Source: Nostoc sp. DedSLP01 (GTDB lineage: Bacteria; Cyanobacteriota; Cyanobacteriia; Cyanobacteriales; Nostocaceae). Taken from it: DNA of 64,000 bases. Under the pieces are notes generated by a model. It did no database searches. It was given only the letters and a program-made list of their open reading frames with translations, and was not told where the DNA came from. The stretch covers positions 1 to 64,000 of the forward strand of contig JAVRCJ020000027.1 in NCBI GenBank assembly GCA_034530875.2, read 5' to 3'. Below are positions 20,469 through 31,966 of the stretch, piece by piece. Every line of letters begins with the position of its first letter. Within the stretch, counting starts at the first letter, position 1. The translations under genes were made by a program, and so were the position numbers.

Positions 20469-21071
20469 ATGGCATTTGTACAGCCCCCCCTACCCTTCCA
20501 GTCTGATGCTCTAGAACCCTATGGCATGAAAGCTGAGACTTTCGAGTACCACTATGGCAAGCATCACAAAGCTTACGTAGACAATCTCAACAAGCTGACT
20601 GAAGGTACCGATCTTGCTGATAAGTCTCTGGAAGAGGTGATTAAAACTACTTATAAAGACTCCTCTAAAGTGGGAATCTTTAACAACGCTGCTCAAGTTT
20701 GGAACCATACATTCTTTTGGAATTCCTTGAAACCAGCAGGTGGTGGCACACCTACCGGTGACCTCGGAGCTAAGATTGAGAAAGATTTTGGTAGTTTCGA
20801 CAAATTCAAAGAAGAGTTCTCTAACGCAGCCGCAACTCAATTCGGCAGTGGATGGTCTTGGCTGATTGATGATGGTGGTACCCTGAAGGTGATTAAGACA
20901 CCAAATGCTGAGAACCCTCTAGCTTATGGTCAAAAAGCACTCTTAACCTTGGATGTTTGGGAACATGCGTACTACATTGACTACAGAAATGCTCGTCCGG
21001 CTTTCATTAAGAATTTTCTAGATAACTTAGTCAACTGGGACTTCGCTGCTGAAAACTTTGCTAAAGCTTAA
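20469..21071 (+). CDS. sodB: Fe superoxide dismutase
   Basis: HYGKHH, FNNAAQVWNH, QFGSGW, DVWEHAYY. Confidence 0.97.
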   Translation: MAFVQPPLPFQSDALEPYGMKAETFEYHYGKHHKAYVDNLNKLTEGTDLADKSLEEVIKTTYKDSSKVGIFNNAAQVWNHTFFWNSLKPAGGGTPTGDLGAKIEKDFGSFDKFKEEFSNAAATQFGSGWSWLIDDGGTLKVIKTPNAENPLAYGQKALLTLDVWEHAYYIDYRNARPAFIKNFLDNLVNWDFAAENFAKA

Positions 21072-21133
21072 TTAACAACTAGTTTGTAGCTGGCTGTGAC
21101 AGTAGTTTTTAACAGTTATCAATGAATTACCAG

Positions 21134-21163
21134 CAGTCACGATATTGTATCGTGACTGTTTTT
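21134..21163 (+). terminator. Intrinsic terminator of sodB
   Basis: CAGTCACGATA-TTG-TATCGTGACTG followed by T tract. Confidence 0.85.
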
Positions 21164-21397
21164 GATTTGTTGGGTGAGGGGAGTGTTGAGTGTTGACTAT
21201 TGCTTGCTATGTACAGCAATCCTATTTGGAGTTGAAAAAGATATGAAAAAAGCTGAGACTGAAATGAAGGCCAAAAACTTTCTGATGGTCATAGCAATCC
21301 TATTCAAGTTATGACAAATATTACTGGTGAGTGTTAACAGTCAATATTCAACAGCCTATATGCAAGGTTTCACAAATTATCTACAAGTCCTGTAATT

Positions 21398-21970
21398 GTG
21401 TCTATCCCATTCACAAATGTGGAAAACTTCAGTGGCGCTTTCAATAATTTTCCAGAACTGACAACTGAGAATTTAATTTTACGGCAAACAAAACTAGCTG
21501 ATGTGCCAGCAGTTTTTCAGATTTTTGCCGATGATGAAGTAACGAACTATCATGATTTAGAAACTGCCACTAGTTTCGAGCAAGTTCAGTTTATAATTGA
21601 ACGTCGTGCAGAGAGATTTAAAAATCAACAAGGTATTCGCTGGGGAATAGCAAAGAAAGAAGACAATATAATTATTGGTTCCTGTGGCTATAGCATTAAA
21701 AACCGCTTTCAGGCAGAAATTGGATACGAACTGGCAAGACGATATTGGAGAAAAGGCTTAATGACAGAAGCCTTAACAGCTATCATTCGCTGGGGTTTTC
21801 ACCAGTTAGATTTAAATCGAATTGAAGCATTTGTTATGTTAGAGAATTCTGCCTCTATCAATTTGTTAGGCAATTTGAAATTTGTAGAAGAAGGAATTTT
21901 AAGAGAATATGGCTTTTGGAAAGGACAATTCCATGATTTGAGGATTTTTTCTTTATTAAAAAGGGACTAG
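21398..21970 (+). CDS. RimJ/RimL-type GNAT acetyltransferase
   Basis: EIGYEL..YWRKGLMTEAL, N.AS..LL..L.F..EG.LR. Confidence 0.9.
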   Translation: MSIPFTNVENFSGAFNNFPELTTENLILRQTKLADVPAVFQIFADDEVTNYHDLETATSFEQVQFIIERRAERFKNQQGIRWGIAKKEDNIIIGSCGYSIKNRFQAEIGYELARRYWRKGLMTEALTAIIRWGFHQLDLNRIEAFVMLENSASINLLGNLKFVEEGILREYGFWKGQFHDLRIFSLLKRD

Positions 21971-22053
21971 ATGACTTTTGTTTTTTGAATTTTGACTTCT
22001 TTGGAGAGCCTATCTCCTGTATCTTAAAAAGAGTAAGATAAAAATCAAAATAT

Positions 22054-22260
22054 ATGGATAGTGAAGAATTAGCCCAATATATCGAAGCCACAAATAGCAT
22101 CAGTAAACCTTGGCTATTGGTTCAACTGCGTCTTAAAAAATTGCAAGAGCGTCGAGCTACGCTCACCGATGATGTCTACAACAAAGAATTAGAAGATATT
22201 TTCCAGGACTTGATGAATTTAGGGGAATGGTGGCGCGGTATTGAAGATGAAGTATTTTAA
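22054..22260 (+). CDS. Small hypothetical protein
   Basis: 68-aa ORF KPWLLVQLRLKKLQE..LGEWW, protein-like and well positioned. Confidence 0.75.
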   Translation: MDSEELAQYIEATNSISKPWLLVQLRLKKLQERRATLTDDVYNKELEDIFQDLMNLGEWWRGIEDEVF

Positions 22261-22371
22261 TACTACGAGTGGCTTGGGGGCGTAACGAAAATAAGGCTTT
22301 ATGTCCTAAACTATGCTGCAACTGCTATAATTCATCACTTCTAAGGGAAATTCATAAGGGTGTAGTCAGGA

Positions 22372-23400
22372 ATGGATTATCGGGATGCAGGAGTTGATGT
22401 TGAGGCTGGGCGAGGCTTTGTAAATCAAATTCGCAACTTGGTTCACAGCACTTTCAGACCGGAAGTAATTGGTGGGTTGGGTGGCTTCGGTGGCTGCTTT
22501 CAACTACCAGGGGGTTTTAAGGAACCGGTTTTGGTTTCTGGGACGGATGGTGTGGGTACTAAGCTGAAAATCGCTCACATTCTCAACCGCCATGATACTG
22601 TCGGGATTGATTTGGTGGCCATGTGCGTGAATGATGTGCTGACATCTGGTGCAGAACCGCTGTTTTTTTTAGATTATGTAGCAACTGGAAAGCTGGACAA
22701 AGACCAATTAACTGATGTGGTTGCGGGTATAAGTTCTGGGTGTAAGCAAGCTGGTTGCGCTTTATTGGGGGGAGAAACGGCAGAAATGCCTGGTTTTTAC
22801 CAGGTGGGTGAATACGATTTGGCTGGTTTTTGTGTGGGAATTGTCGAAAAAAGTCAGATGTTGGACGGTTCGCAAGTTCAAGTCGGAGATGTTGCGATCG
22901 CTCTTGCTAGTACAGGCGTACATAGTAATGGTTTCAGTTTAGTACGAAAGATTATTAACGAGGGTCACTTTGCCTGGAGCGATACGCCAGAAGTGTTAGG
23001 CGGTGAAACTATTGCTGAAACTTTCCTTAAACCCACATGCATTTATGTCAAACCAGTTTTAGCAGCACTCAAAGCAGGCTTGTCAATTCATGGTATGGCT
23101 CACATCACAGGTGGCGGTTTACCAGAAAATTTGCCCAGATGTTTGGGACAAAATCAAGCGATAAAAATTGACAATAGTAGTTGGAATATTCCCCCTGTTT
23201 TTCAGTGGCTAGCTGAAGCTGGAGAAGTCAACCCCCAAGCTATGTTTAATACGTTCAATATGGGAATTGGATTTGTCTTGCTGGTGCCACCTGATGAAGT
23301 TGAGGAGACGATTAGCCATTTTCAATCGTATGAAATTCCAGCTTTTGCCATCGGCGAAGTCATTACTGGTTCGGGAGATTTAGTAGGATTACCCCTTTAA
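22372..23400 (+). CDS. purM: Phosphoribosylformylglycinamidine cyclo-ligase
   Basis: [37 protein letters not shown]. Confidence 0.98.
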   Translation: MDYRDAGVDVEAGRGFVNQIRNLVHSTFRPEVIGGLGGFGGCFQLPGGFKEPVLVSGTDGVGTKLKIAHILNRHDTVGIDLVAMCVNDVLTSGAEPLFFLDYVATGKLDKDQLTDVVAGISSGCKQAGCALLGGETAEMPGFYQVGEYDLAGFCVGIVEKSQMLDGSQVQVGDVAIALASTGVHSNGFSLVRKIINEGHFAWSDTPEVLGGETIAETFLKPTCIYVKPVLAALKAGLSIHGMAHITGGGLPENLPRCLGQNQAIKIDNSSWNIPPVFQWLAEAGEVNPQAMFNTFNMGIGFVLLVPPDEVEETISHFQSYEIPAFAIGEVITGSGDLVGLPL

Positions 23401-23737
23401 TAGATATTTTTTATACATAAAATAAAATTTAATTTTTTAGCTTAGTAAAGTAGCTTTCTTTACTAAGCCCTGAATGTATAAGCTATGTAGCGCAGTTATT
23501 ATGAGCGTATCTGGAGATTTGATTGCAATATTTATTACTGCTTAATTGGAAAGCCAATTCAAATAATTTATGACTACTGACGTCGAGATTTGCTAACGTA
23601 GTCTTAACATATCGAAAAATTTGCTAAGTAAAGCTGAGAAATTAGCTGCCAACACTAATTTAAAGTTGTGAGTATTTCTCATCTGTAGGTGTGGCGTTTT
23701 AGTCTGCTAGAAATATATATTTTTGTTAGAGAGGGTT

Positions 23738-24424
23738 ATGGTTATAAATTTGGCCCGCACTACTGCTTCCACAGAACTGTTGAGGCAAGTATTCCAGAAC
23801 ATTGATGCACATAGCTGTCCTACATTATTCAACTTTCACATGCACACTACCCATTCTGATGGCAGGTTGCAGCCTAGTGGATTGATGGAACAGGCGATCG
23901 CTATTGGGTTAAAAGGATTAGCGATTACCGATCATCACAATATTGGTGGCTATCAAGCAGCACAAGCTTGGTTAGAGGATTGGAAGTGGAATAATCCCGG
24001 CGTCAGCACTCCTCTATTGTGGAGTGGTGTAGAAATCAATGCCAACCTTTTAGACATAGAAGTTCACATTTTGGCTTACGCTTTCGAGTTGGAACACCCC
24101 AGCATCAAACCTTATCTCCAAAGAAGACCGACTACAGGTAAAGATTATCAAGCAAGTAATGTAATTGCTGCGATTCACGAAGCTGGTGGGTTGGCGGTTT
24201 TAGCTCATCCTGCGCGTTACAAGCGATCGCATTTTGATTTGATTCCGGCTGCGGCCGAAAAGGGTATCGATGGTGTAGAAAGCTTCTACGCCTACAATAA
24301 CCCCAATCCCTGGAAACCCAGCGCCTTGGAATCAGAACAAGTGCAAAAATTAGCCGATAAATATCTTCTTTTCAATACCTGTGGTACTGATACTCATGGC
24401 TTGAATTTACTACAACGCTTGTAA
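23738..24424 (+). CDS. PHP domain phosphoesterase
   Basis: HMHTTHSDG, AITDH, LAHP, GTDTHG. Confidence 0.92.
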   Translation: MVINLARTTASTELLRQVFQNIDAHSCPTLFNFHMHTTHSDGRLQPSGLMEQAIAIGLKGLAITDHHNIGGYQAAQAWLEDWKWNNPGVSTPLLWSGVEINANLLDIEVHILAYAFELEHPSIKPYLQRRPTTGKDYQASNVIAAIHEAGGLAVLAHPARYKRSHFDLIPAAAEKGIDGVESFYAYNNPNPWKPSALESEQVQKLADKYLLFNTCGTDTHGLNLLQRL

Positions 24425-24519
24425 AGATGAATTTCTAGCAGGGAAAAGGGAACAGACAACAGGCAACAGGCTAAGAAAGCCTCTGACTGTAGTCTATGCA
24501 ACTGCAAATTGCTATGGGT

Positions 24520-25188
24520 TCAGTTTTTAATCAAGCGTTTTTGTAAAGCAACAACTACAGCTTGAGTGCGATCGCTGACTTCTAATTTCTGTAAAATCGC
24601 ATGAATATGAACGCGTACTGTTCCAGGTGCGATAAACAGTGCTTGAGCAATTTGTTGATTAGTTTTTCCCGCCGCTAACAGCGACAGAATTTCTTGTTCG
24701 CGTCCAGTTAGTGGGTTGGAAGGCTTTACTGTGTTTTCTGCCTCAGGTTGAGGTGATTCGTAACTCAAAGAAGAACGAATTTCTTGTGTTGCAGTTGCAT
24801 CCCACCAAGAAGCACCACTCGCCACAGAACGCAGTGCTAAAACTAATTTTTGGGCAGCAATTCCTTTGAGACAGTAGCCTTGTGCGCCTGCTTCAATCAA
24901 GCGTGTAATTAGAGGTTTTTGCGAATGGGAAGTCAGAACTAAAATCGGTAGCAAAGGATTTTGCTCTTTTATTTGTCTGCAAGCTTCGATTCCACCAATT
25001 CCTGGCAAACCCACATCTAACAGCACCACATCTAGAAGATTTTGCTTGACTAACTCGATAGCTGTTTCACCATCTTCAGCCTCAGCAACAATCTCTAACC
25101 CTGGTTCTTGTTGCAATCGCACGCGCAAACCCAAGCGGAAGAGTTCATCGTCCTCAACAAGGAGAATTTTGATTGGGATAGAGGACAT
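24520..25188 (-). CDS. NarL/LuxR family response regulator
   Basis: REC domain (VEDD, LLD, K) plus LT.REQEIL..GKTN.QIA LuxR HTH. Confidence 0.95.
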   Translation of the reverse strand: MSSIPIKILLVEDDELFRLGLRVRLQQEPGLEIVAEAEDGETAIELVKQNLLDVVLLDVGLPGIGGIEACRQIKEQNPLLPILVLTSHSQKPLITRLIEAGAQGYCLKGIAAQKLVLALRSVASGASWWDATATQEIRSSLSYESPQPEAENTVKPSNPLTGREQEILSLLAAGKTNQQIAQALFIAPGTVRVHIHAILQKLEVSDRTQAVVVALQKRLIKN

Positions 25189-25189
25189 T

Positions 25190-26275
25190 TCACACAGTTA
25201 AAGATTGAAATGGGTAAACAGGCAGCTTAAAAGCAAACATCGCACCAGTGGGTACTCTATTCTCTGCCCAAATTATACCTCCGTGAGCTTCAATAATTTG
25301 CCGAGAAAGGTAAAGCCCCAATCCCGAACCTTTGGCTTGGCGATCGCTATGTCCTTGATAAAATCGTTCAAATAAATAAGGGAACTGTTCTGGTTGAATA
25401 CCCGCACCCGTATCCAAAATTTTTACGACTTGGTAAGAAGCTTGCGGTTCTAAAACTACTTCTACCTTTGCACCCCGTCGGGAATGATTAATCGCGTTCG
25501 CTAAAAGATTGTTAAAAACTCTTTCTAATTGCAGTGCATCACCTTGAACCCATAATGCACTTCGCCAATCAGAATCACCGTAACTAACCGAGAGATGAAC
25601 GCGACGATTGGCAGCTAATTCAATTAAACTACCAGCTACCTCTTCTGCTAACTTGCTTAAATCTATAGGTTCTAAATTCAGTTTTAAACCTTCAGTATCG
25701 TTGCGATAGATATCTAACAAAGTTTCTAACAGCTGTAAAGAAGTTTTGTGGCTGCGCGCCATTGTGTCCAATACTTGTTGCTGACTTGGTAAGACTGGGC
25801 CAAATTTTTCTTGTTGAAAAGCTTTGATTGTTTCAATTGCTCCCAGCAGTGGCGTTTTTAAATCGTGGGTGAGTGTAGAGGCAAAATCTTCTCGGAGTTT
25901 AACTAATTCTTGTTGGGATTCTAGCTTGGCACGGGTGAGGGCGATCGCTTCTTGGGAACGACGCAGGCGTTGGCTTAACACTCCTGTTACAATCAAAGCC
26001 ATTGAGGCGATCGCGCGACTTGCTACTATCGATGGTTCAATCGCTTCAGCACTTGGAAAGAAAAGATTCAGAATCGTTAAGCATACAGCTACAGCTGTCG
26101 CTTGAAAGGTAGCAATTCCTCCAAACCATGAGTTTGTCAATAATATCGGGCCTGTGTATAAATATCCAAATACGTATTCAGTTGGTGTTTCAAACTCCAT
26201 AAACATGACAGTGAGAAATAATCCCAATATGACTGTCAATCTGCTCAATTGTGAGTTCTTTGTACCGCTTTGCAT
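25190..26275 (-). CDS. Membrane sensor histidine kinase
   Basis: N-terminal TM bundle, H-box THDLKTPL, N box, DTGAG, GSGLGL. Confidence 0.95.
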   Translation of the reverse strand: MQSGTKNSQLSRLTVILGLFLTVMFMEFETPTEYVFGYLYTGPILLTNSWFGGIATFQATAVAVCLTILNLFFPSAEAIEPSIVASRAIASMALIVTGVLSQRLRRSQEAIALTRAKLESQQELVKLREDFASTLTHDLKTPLLGAIETIKAFQQEKFGPVLPSQQQVLDTMARSHKTSLQLLETLLDIYRNDTEGLKLNLEPIDLSKLAEEVAGSLIELAANRRVHLSVSYGDSDWRSALWVQGDALQLERVFNNLLANAINHSRRGAKVEVVLEPQASYQVVKILDTGAGIQPEQFPYLFERFYQGHSDRQAKGSGLGLYLSRQIIEAHGGIIWAENRVPTGAMFAFKLPVYPFQSLTV

Positions 26276-26582
26276 AAGTTCGTAACTTTTTTAAACGCAG
26301 AGTGACGCTGAGGTGAGCGCAGAGTAACGCAGAGTATTTTTCAAGCCAATTGCTCATGAGACTGTTAATTATATAACCAATCATTCAATGCCTTAATTAA
26401 TATTAACGTTTAAAATTAATCAAAATACACAAATATTAAAAACTTTGAAAGTATTCAGCGTTTAGTTTAGATATATAAACGAACTAAACATTAAATATAG
26501 AAATAATAAACCTAAATTTATATCTTCTATATCTTGTTTTTACTAGCCAATAAAATTGACAATTTAATTAAATTCATAAAAC

Positions 26583-26692
26583 CTCTGCGTTGCTCTGCCT
26601 TGAAAAGTTCCGATGCCTTCGGCGGGCTGCGCCAACGGAGGAAACCTCCGCTCAGAATTTTCGCTGCGCTAATCTTTGCGCCCCTCTGCGTT
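26583..26692. repeat. Nested small dispersed repeat (CTCTGCG repeat > GAAAAGTT..GGAAACC hairpin > GCCTTCGGCGGGCTGCGCCAACG insert)
   Basis: Shares arms with the copies at 48280 and 50372 and has one extra insert. Confidence 0.7.
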
Positions 26693-26709
26693 AAAAAATG
26701 GTATAACTC

Positions 26710-28455
26710 ATGCTAGAAGGATGGATTCAAATAATATTAACGCTACTCCTTGTAGTAGCAATAACTCCCTTTTTCGGTCGATATATGGCGCGTGTCTACC
26801 AAGAACAACGCACTTTACTCGACCCAATTTTAAACCCAGTTGAACGACTACTTTACTCTTTGGTGGGCGTTAAAACTAAAGAAAATATGACAGGTTGGCA
26901 ATATGCCAGAGCCATCTTATACAGCAATGTAGTCATGGGGTTGTTGATTTTCTTCATCCTCATGAGTCAAGGATGGCTACCTCTTAACCCTACAAAAATA
27001 GGTGCGCCAACTTGGGACACAGCTTTACATACAACCATATCCTTTATTACCAACACCAACCAGCAGCACTATTCTGGTGAAACCTACCTCAGCTATGCCA
27101 GCCAAATGTGGGGTCTGGGTTATCACATGTTCACCTCGGCGGGGACTGGTTTGGCGGTAGGAATTGCCTTTATTCGCGGGTTGACTGGTAGACCGTTGGG
27201 TAATTTCTATGTGGATTTGATTCGCTCAATTACCAGAATTTTGCTACCTATTTGTATTGTGGGTGGTATTGCCTTGATGGCCGCTGGTGTTCCGGAAACA
27301 TTAGCCGGGCCTGTTGTCTTGCCTACCTTAGAGGATTCTAATATTAGTCAGGCGATCGCTCGCGGCCCTGTAGCTCATTTTGAAATCATCAAACAACTAG
27401 GAGAAAACGGCGGCGGCTTTTTCGCTATCAACTCAGCACACCCCTTTGAAAATCCCAACGGGTTTTCTAACTTAATTGAGATTGTGGCAATGGTTTCAAT
27501 TCCCACATCTTTGATTTACACTTATGGCTTGTTTGCCAACAACACCAAACAAGCTTGGTTAGTCTACGGTATGGTGGGCGTAATTTACATCGGATTTATC
27601 ATCATCACAGCTATTGGTGAATATAACGGCAATCCAGCAGTAAATACACTTTTGGGAAGTACGCAACCGAACTTAGAAGGAAAAGAAGTCCGGTTTGGTT
27701 GGGCGCAGTCAGTACTGTTCGCAGTCACAACAACCGGAACCATGTGCGGTGCTGTGAATAGTTTGCACGATTCCTTCATGCCGAACGGTGGTTTTGTCAC
27801 CCTGTCGAATATGTTCTTGCAAATCATTTGGGGCGGACAAGGTACGGGAACGGCATACTTGTTTGCTTACTTGATTTTGGCAGTATTTGTCACAGGTTTA
27901 ATGGTAGGACGCACGCCAGAATTTCTCGGACGCAAAATTGAAAAGCGTGAGGTGGTGCTTGCAAGTTTTCTAATTCTCTTGGTTCACCCCATCGCCATTA
28001 TGATACCAGCCGGAATTGCCTTAGCATTTCCCGACCAATTAGCAGGAATCAGCAATCCCGGTTTTCATGGCTTTGCTCAAGTCATCTACGAATACGCCTC
28101 CGCTGCGGCTAATAATGGTTCGGGATTTGAAGGCTTAGGCGATTCTCAGCCTTCACCTTTGGCTATTGCAACTGGTGCAAAAACTACCGCAACCGCCTTA
28201 TGGTGGAACCTCAGTGCTAGCTTCAGTCTTTTAGCAGGACGCTACATTCCCATCATCGGTTTGCTGTTACTAGCAGATAGTATGTCCCGCAAACAACAAG
28301 TTCCTTTCACCGTCGGCACATTGCGAACTGACACCGGATTATTTACAGGGGTAACCGCAGGTGTAATTTTAATTCTCGGCGCACTGACATTCTTCCCAGT
28401 CTTAGCATTCGGCCCCATCGGCGAAGCTTTCTGGATTGCGAAAGGGATTGGATAA
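26710..28455 (+). CDS. kdpA: K+-transporting ATPase subunit A
   Basis: [31 protein letters not shown]. Confidence 0.98.
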   Translation: MLEGWIQIILTLLLVVAITPFFGRYMARVYQEQRTLLDPILNPVERLLYSLVGVKTKENMTGWQYARAILYSNVVMGLLIFFILMSQGWLPLNPTKIGAPTWDTALHTTISFITNTNQQHYSGETYLSYASQMWGLGYHMFTSAGTGLAVGIAFIRGLTGRPLGNFYVDLIRSITRILLPICIVGGIALMAAGVPETLAGPVVLPTLEDSNISQAIARGPVAHFEIIKQLGENGGGFFAINSAHPFENPNGFSNLIEIVAMVSIPTSLIYTYGLFANNTKQAWLVYGMVGVIYIGFIIITAIGEYNGNPAVNTLLGSTQPNLEGKEVRFGWAQSVLFAVTTTGTMCGAVNSLHDSFMPNGGFVTLSNMFLQIIWGGQGTGTAYLFAYLILAVFVTGLMVGRTPEFLGRKIEKREVVLASFLILLVHPIAIMIPAGIALAFPDQLAGISNPGFHGFAQVIYEYASAAANNGSGFEGLGDSQPSPLAIATGAKTTATALWWNLSASFSLLAGRYIPIIGLLLLADSMSRKQQVPFTVGTLRTDTGLFTGVTAGVILILGALTFFPVLAFGPIGEAFWIAKGIG

Positions 28456-28489
28456 GTGGGCATTGGGCAATAGTTAAGCTCGAAATTTT

Positions 28490-28720
28490 AGTTTCCAAGG
28501 TTCAATGTTTAGGCTCAAAGGTGCAACTTTCAAGCTCAAACGTGCAATTTCCAGGCTCAAAAGCGCAACGTTCAAGCTCAAAGGTGCAACTTTCATGTAC
28601 AAAGGCGCAACTTTCATGTACAAAGGCGCAACGTTCAAGCTCAAAGGTGCAACGTTCATGTACAAAGGTGCAACGTTCAAGCTCAAAACCTCAACGTTCA
28701 CCCTCAAAACCTCAATAAAC
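28490..28720. repeat. 21-bp minisatellite, about 11 units, consensus AAGCTCAAAGGTGCAACGTTC, between kdpA and kdpB
   Basis: Contiguous 21-bp units counted by eye. Confidence 0.95.
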
Positions 28721-28804
28721 CTCTTACAAAACTCCTTCTTCTTACCTTCTTCTCTGCGCCTCTGCGTCTCTGCGTGAGATAAAAACTTATTTGGCTCAAC
28801 TTCC

Positions 28805-30958
28805 ATGACAACTAACACAGATTCATCCCCTTCACCCCGCCCGCCTCGCATTCCCCAAGGAACTCGCGACTCGCGCAGACACACGCCCAAGGCAGATATG
28901 CGGGGACTCTATCAAAGAGCAATAAAAGAATCATTCATCAAGCTTCATCCCCGAATAGCTGTCAAAAACCCAGTAATGTTTGTGGTTTGGGTAGGCACAA
29001 TTGTCACCTTTCTAGTAACTCTCGACCCAAATTTATTTGGCACCTTACAAATAAATGTCAACCAACAACGCCTATTAAACGGATTAATTACCCTAATTCT
29101 ATTTTTCACAGTTGTATTTGCTAACTTTGCCGAAGCAGTTGCCGAAGGACGCGGTAAGGCACAAGCAGATTCTTTGCGGTCAACGCGTTCCGATACTATT
29201 GCTCGCAAAATCCTTCCCGATGGTTCAATTGTGCAAGTTAATTCCACAGAATTACGCCGCAACGATTTGGTAAAAGTAATTGCCAATGACATGATTCCTG
29301 CTGATGGCGAAGTAATTCAAGGCATCGGTTCGGTGGATGAGTCGGCAATTACTGGAGAATCTGCTCCTGTACTCAAGCAACCGGGTACAGATATTGCCTC
29401 TTCTGTTACAGGAGGTACGCGTCTACTTTCAGATGAGTTGACAATTCGCATTACAGCCGATCCCGGTCAAGGGTTTATTGACCGGATGATTTCTCTGGTG
29501 GAAGGAGCAAAACGGACGAAAACTCCTAACGAAATTGCTCTAACAGTATTGTTAGCTGTACTGACGCAAGTTTTCTTAATTGTCGTGGCAACCATGCCTC
29601 CCTTCACTGCCTACATTGCCAACTTTATCAGCACTGTGTTTGGGGCAGAAGCCGGAAACAGTTTGCGTGCAGGTGCTAGCGTTGCGATTTTGATTTCGCT
29701 GTTGGTAGCTTTAATACCCACAACTATCGGTGGTTTACTCAGTGCCATCGGTATTGCGGGTATGGATAGAGTTGCTCAGTTTAATGTTATCGCCACCTCT
29801 GGACGCGCAGTTGAAGCCTGCGGCGATATTAATACCTTGGTGCTAGATAAAACAGGTACTATCACCTTGGGTAACCGTATGGCTGATGAGTTTATCCCTG
29901 TGAATAGTTACACAGTTGCAGATGTGGCGCGAGTTGCTTTAGCTGCAAGTGTATTTGATGAAACACCCGAAGGTAGGTCAATTGTCAAACTAGCCGAAAG
30001 TTCTGGCGTGAAGGTTGATTTCGACCTCAAGCAAGCAGAAGGTATAGAATTCTCAGCCAAAACGCGGATGAGTGGTACTAACTTACCTAACGGCAAGGAA
30101 ATCCGTAAAGGGGCAGTAGATGCGATTAAGGGCTTTGTCCGTTCTCGTGGCGGTCGAATTGCTGATGATGTAGATGCAGCTTACGAGCGAGTTTCCCGGT
30201 TGGGCGGTACGCCATTAGCAGTCTGCCAAGATGACCAAATTTTCGGTGTCATTTATCTCAAGGATATTGTCAAACCTGGCTTACGAGAAAGATTCGACCA
30301 ACTGCGGCGTATGGGTGTTAAGACTATCATGCTCACAGGTGACAACCGCATTACCGCAAGTGTCATTGCTCAAGAAGCGGGAGTTGATGATTTTATTGCT
30401 GAAGCGACACCAGAAGACAAGATTAGCGTGATTCGCGGCGAACAATCTCAAGGTAAGCTGGTGGCAATGACTGGCGATGGTACTAACGATGCGCCGGCCC
30501 TTGCTCAAGCAAATGTGGGTTTAGCAATGAACTCTGGTACGCAAGCTGCCAAAGAAGCTGCTAACATGGTGGACTTGGATTCTGACCCGACCAAGTTGAT
30601 TGATTTAGTAACTATTGGTAAACAGTTGCTCATTACCCGTGGGGCATTAACAACTTTCTCTATTGCCAACGATATTGCTAAGTATTTTGCCATTATCCCG
30701 ACTATTTTTGCGGCGGCTGGGATTGGCGCACTTAATATTATGGGATTAAAAAGCGCCCAATCTGCGATCGTCTCGGCACTAATTTATAACGCTTTGATTA
30801 TTCCCGTACTTATTCCTTTAGCACTCAAGGGTGTAAAGTTTCGTCCTTTGACAGCAGACCAACTATTAAGACGTAACATTTTAATTTATGGTTTGGGGGG
30901 TATTATTGCACCTTTTATTGCTATCAAAATTATTGATGTTGTTTTACCTTTGTCTTAA
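28805..30958 (+). CDS. kdpB: K+-transporting ATPase subunit B
   Basis: [22 protein letters not shown]. Confidence 0.98.
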   Translation: MTTNTDSSPSPRPPRIPQGTRDSRRHTPKADMRGLYQRAIKESFIKLHPRIAVKNPVMFVVWVGTIVTFLVTLDPNLFGTLQINVNQQRLLNGLITLILFFTVVFANFAEAVAEGRGKAQADSLRSTRSDTIARKILPDGSIVQVNSTELRRNDLVKVIANDMIPADGEVIQGIGSVDESAITGESAPVLKQPGTDIASSVTGGTRLLSDELTIRITADPGQGFIDRMISLVEGAKRTKTPNEIALTVLLAVLTQVFLIVVATMPPFTAYIANFISTVFGAEAGNSLRAGASVAILISLLVALIPTTIGGLLSAIGIAGMDRVAQFNVIATSGRAVEACGDINTLVLDKTGTITLGNRMADEFIPVNSYTVADVARVALAASVFDETPEGRSIVKLAESSGVKVDFDLKQAEGIEFSAKTRMSGTNLPNGKEIRKGAVDAIKGFVRSRGGRIADDVDAAYERVSRLGGTPLAVCQDDQIFGVIYLKDIVKPGLRERFDQLRRMGVKTIMLTGDNRITASVIAQEAGVDDFIAEATPEDKISVIRGEQSQGKLVAMTGDGTNDAPALAQANVGLAMNSGTQAAKEAANMVDLDSDPTKLIDLVTIGKQLLITRGALTTFSIANDIAKYFAIIPTIFAAAGIGALNIMGLKSAQSAIVSALIYNALIIPVLIPLALKGVKFRPLTADQLLRRNILIYGLGGIIAPFIAIKIIDVVLPLS

Positions 30959-31034
30959 TTTTTAATTAGGCAATAGGGAGTAGGGAGTAGGGAATAGGGA
31001 ATAGAGTTTTTCATGAATAATTTAGGGCTACTAT

Positions 31035-31307
31035 ATGAAACCTCCTAGTATGCACATTTTTCCGATTTTTTTATCTCAAGTATTTGCAGCAATAAATGAA
31101 ATCTGGTTGCAATGGCGGAAACAAAAATTGCCTTTGTATTTGTTCTTGGCAATGTGTTTCAACCTTGTGGTTGCGCCTGTTGTTTATGCTGCCACTGGGG
31201 AACAATTTTCTCACTTTCAAGCTTGGGCATTAGGACTCTTAGGGCTTGTAACTTTGAGCCTTTCTACATATTTGTTTTTTGTGATGTTTGTACCGGAGAA
31301 ATTCTAA
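31035..31307 (+). CDS. kdpF: KdpF-like small subunit with N-terminal extension (KdpG-type)
   Basis: Between kdpB and kdpC; C-terminal YLFFVMFVPEKF resembles KdpF; stop overlaps kdpC start (TAATG). Confidence 0.75.
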   Translation: MKPPSMHIFPIFLSQVFAAINEIWLQWRKQKLPLYLFLAMCFNLVVAPVVYAATGEQFSHFQAWALGLLGLVTLSLSTYLFFVMFVPEKF

Positions 31308-31951
31308 TGAGTTTTGCAAGAGAAGCCAGCAGAGCAATTCGTTCTACCTTAGTTCTTTGGGTAATTAGTGCGATTATTTATCCGTTTGCGATGATTGCTT
31401 TTGGACAGATTGTATTTCCATTTCAAGCTAATGGTAGTTTGATAAAAGATAGCCAAGGTCAAGTTGTAGGTTCTAGTTTAATTGGTCAGCCTTTTAGTAG
31501 CGATCGCTATTTTAATTCTCGCCCCAGCACCACCAGCTACAGCACCGCCAATCCCAAAAAAGATGAAGCGGGAGTGTTAAAAACAGGGGTTTCTGGTGCT
31601 AGCAATTTAGCTCCTAGTAATTCAGCCTTACTAGAACGTATCAAAGGTAAAGAAGATCCCGACCCTAGCAAACGGGTTGAAGGTGATTTGAACCGACTAA
31701 AAACAGCAGGCGTACAACCTACCGCAGATTTAGTCTATACCTCTGGTTCCAGCCTAGACCCTCACATTACCCCGGAAGCTGCCAGAGCGCAAGTTGCCCG
31801 TGTTGCCAAGGCGCGAGGACTCCAACCCCAACAGTTAGAAACTTTGATTAATCAAAATACTGACGGTCGTTTTCTTGGACTCTTTGGCGAACCTGGGGTT
31901 AACGTTTTGAAATTAAATCTCGCTTTAGATGCCTTAAAATCTGCAAGTTAA
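31307..31951 (+). CDS. kdpC: K+-transporting ATPase subunit C
   Basis: QANGSL, GSSLIGQ.F, SGASNL, SGSSLDPHI, GEPGVNVL.LN. Confidence 0.97.
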   Translation: MSFAREASRAIRSTLVLWVISAIIYPFAMIAFGQIVFPFQANGSLIKDSQGQVVGSSLIGQPFSSDRYFNSRPSTTSYSTANPKKDEAGVLKTGVSGASNLAPSNSALLERIKGKEDPDPSKRVEGDLNRLKTAGVQPTADLVYTSGSSLDPHITPEAARAQVARVAKARGLQPQQLETLINQNTDGRFLGLFGEPGVNVLKLNLALDALKSAS

Positions 31952-31966
31952 GGAGTAATCCGTTGT

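Noticed and set aside
28474..28890. CRISPR array or real genes from ORFs 28474..28890, 28505..28777, 28521..28718
   Set aside because: Spacer-less 21-bp minisatellite; the ORFs arise because the unit lacks stops in several frames.
31112..31306. Cys-rich N-terminal extension of KdpC
   Set aside because: Alternative frame of the KdpF-like gene; real start is the coupled ATG at 31307.
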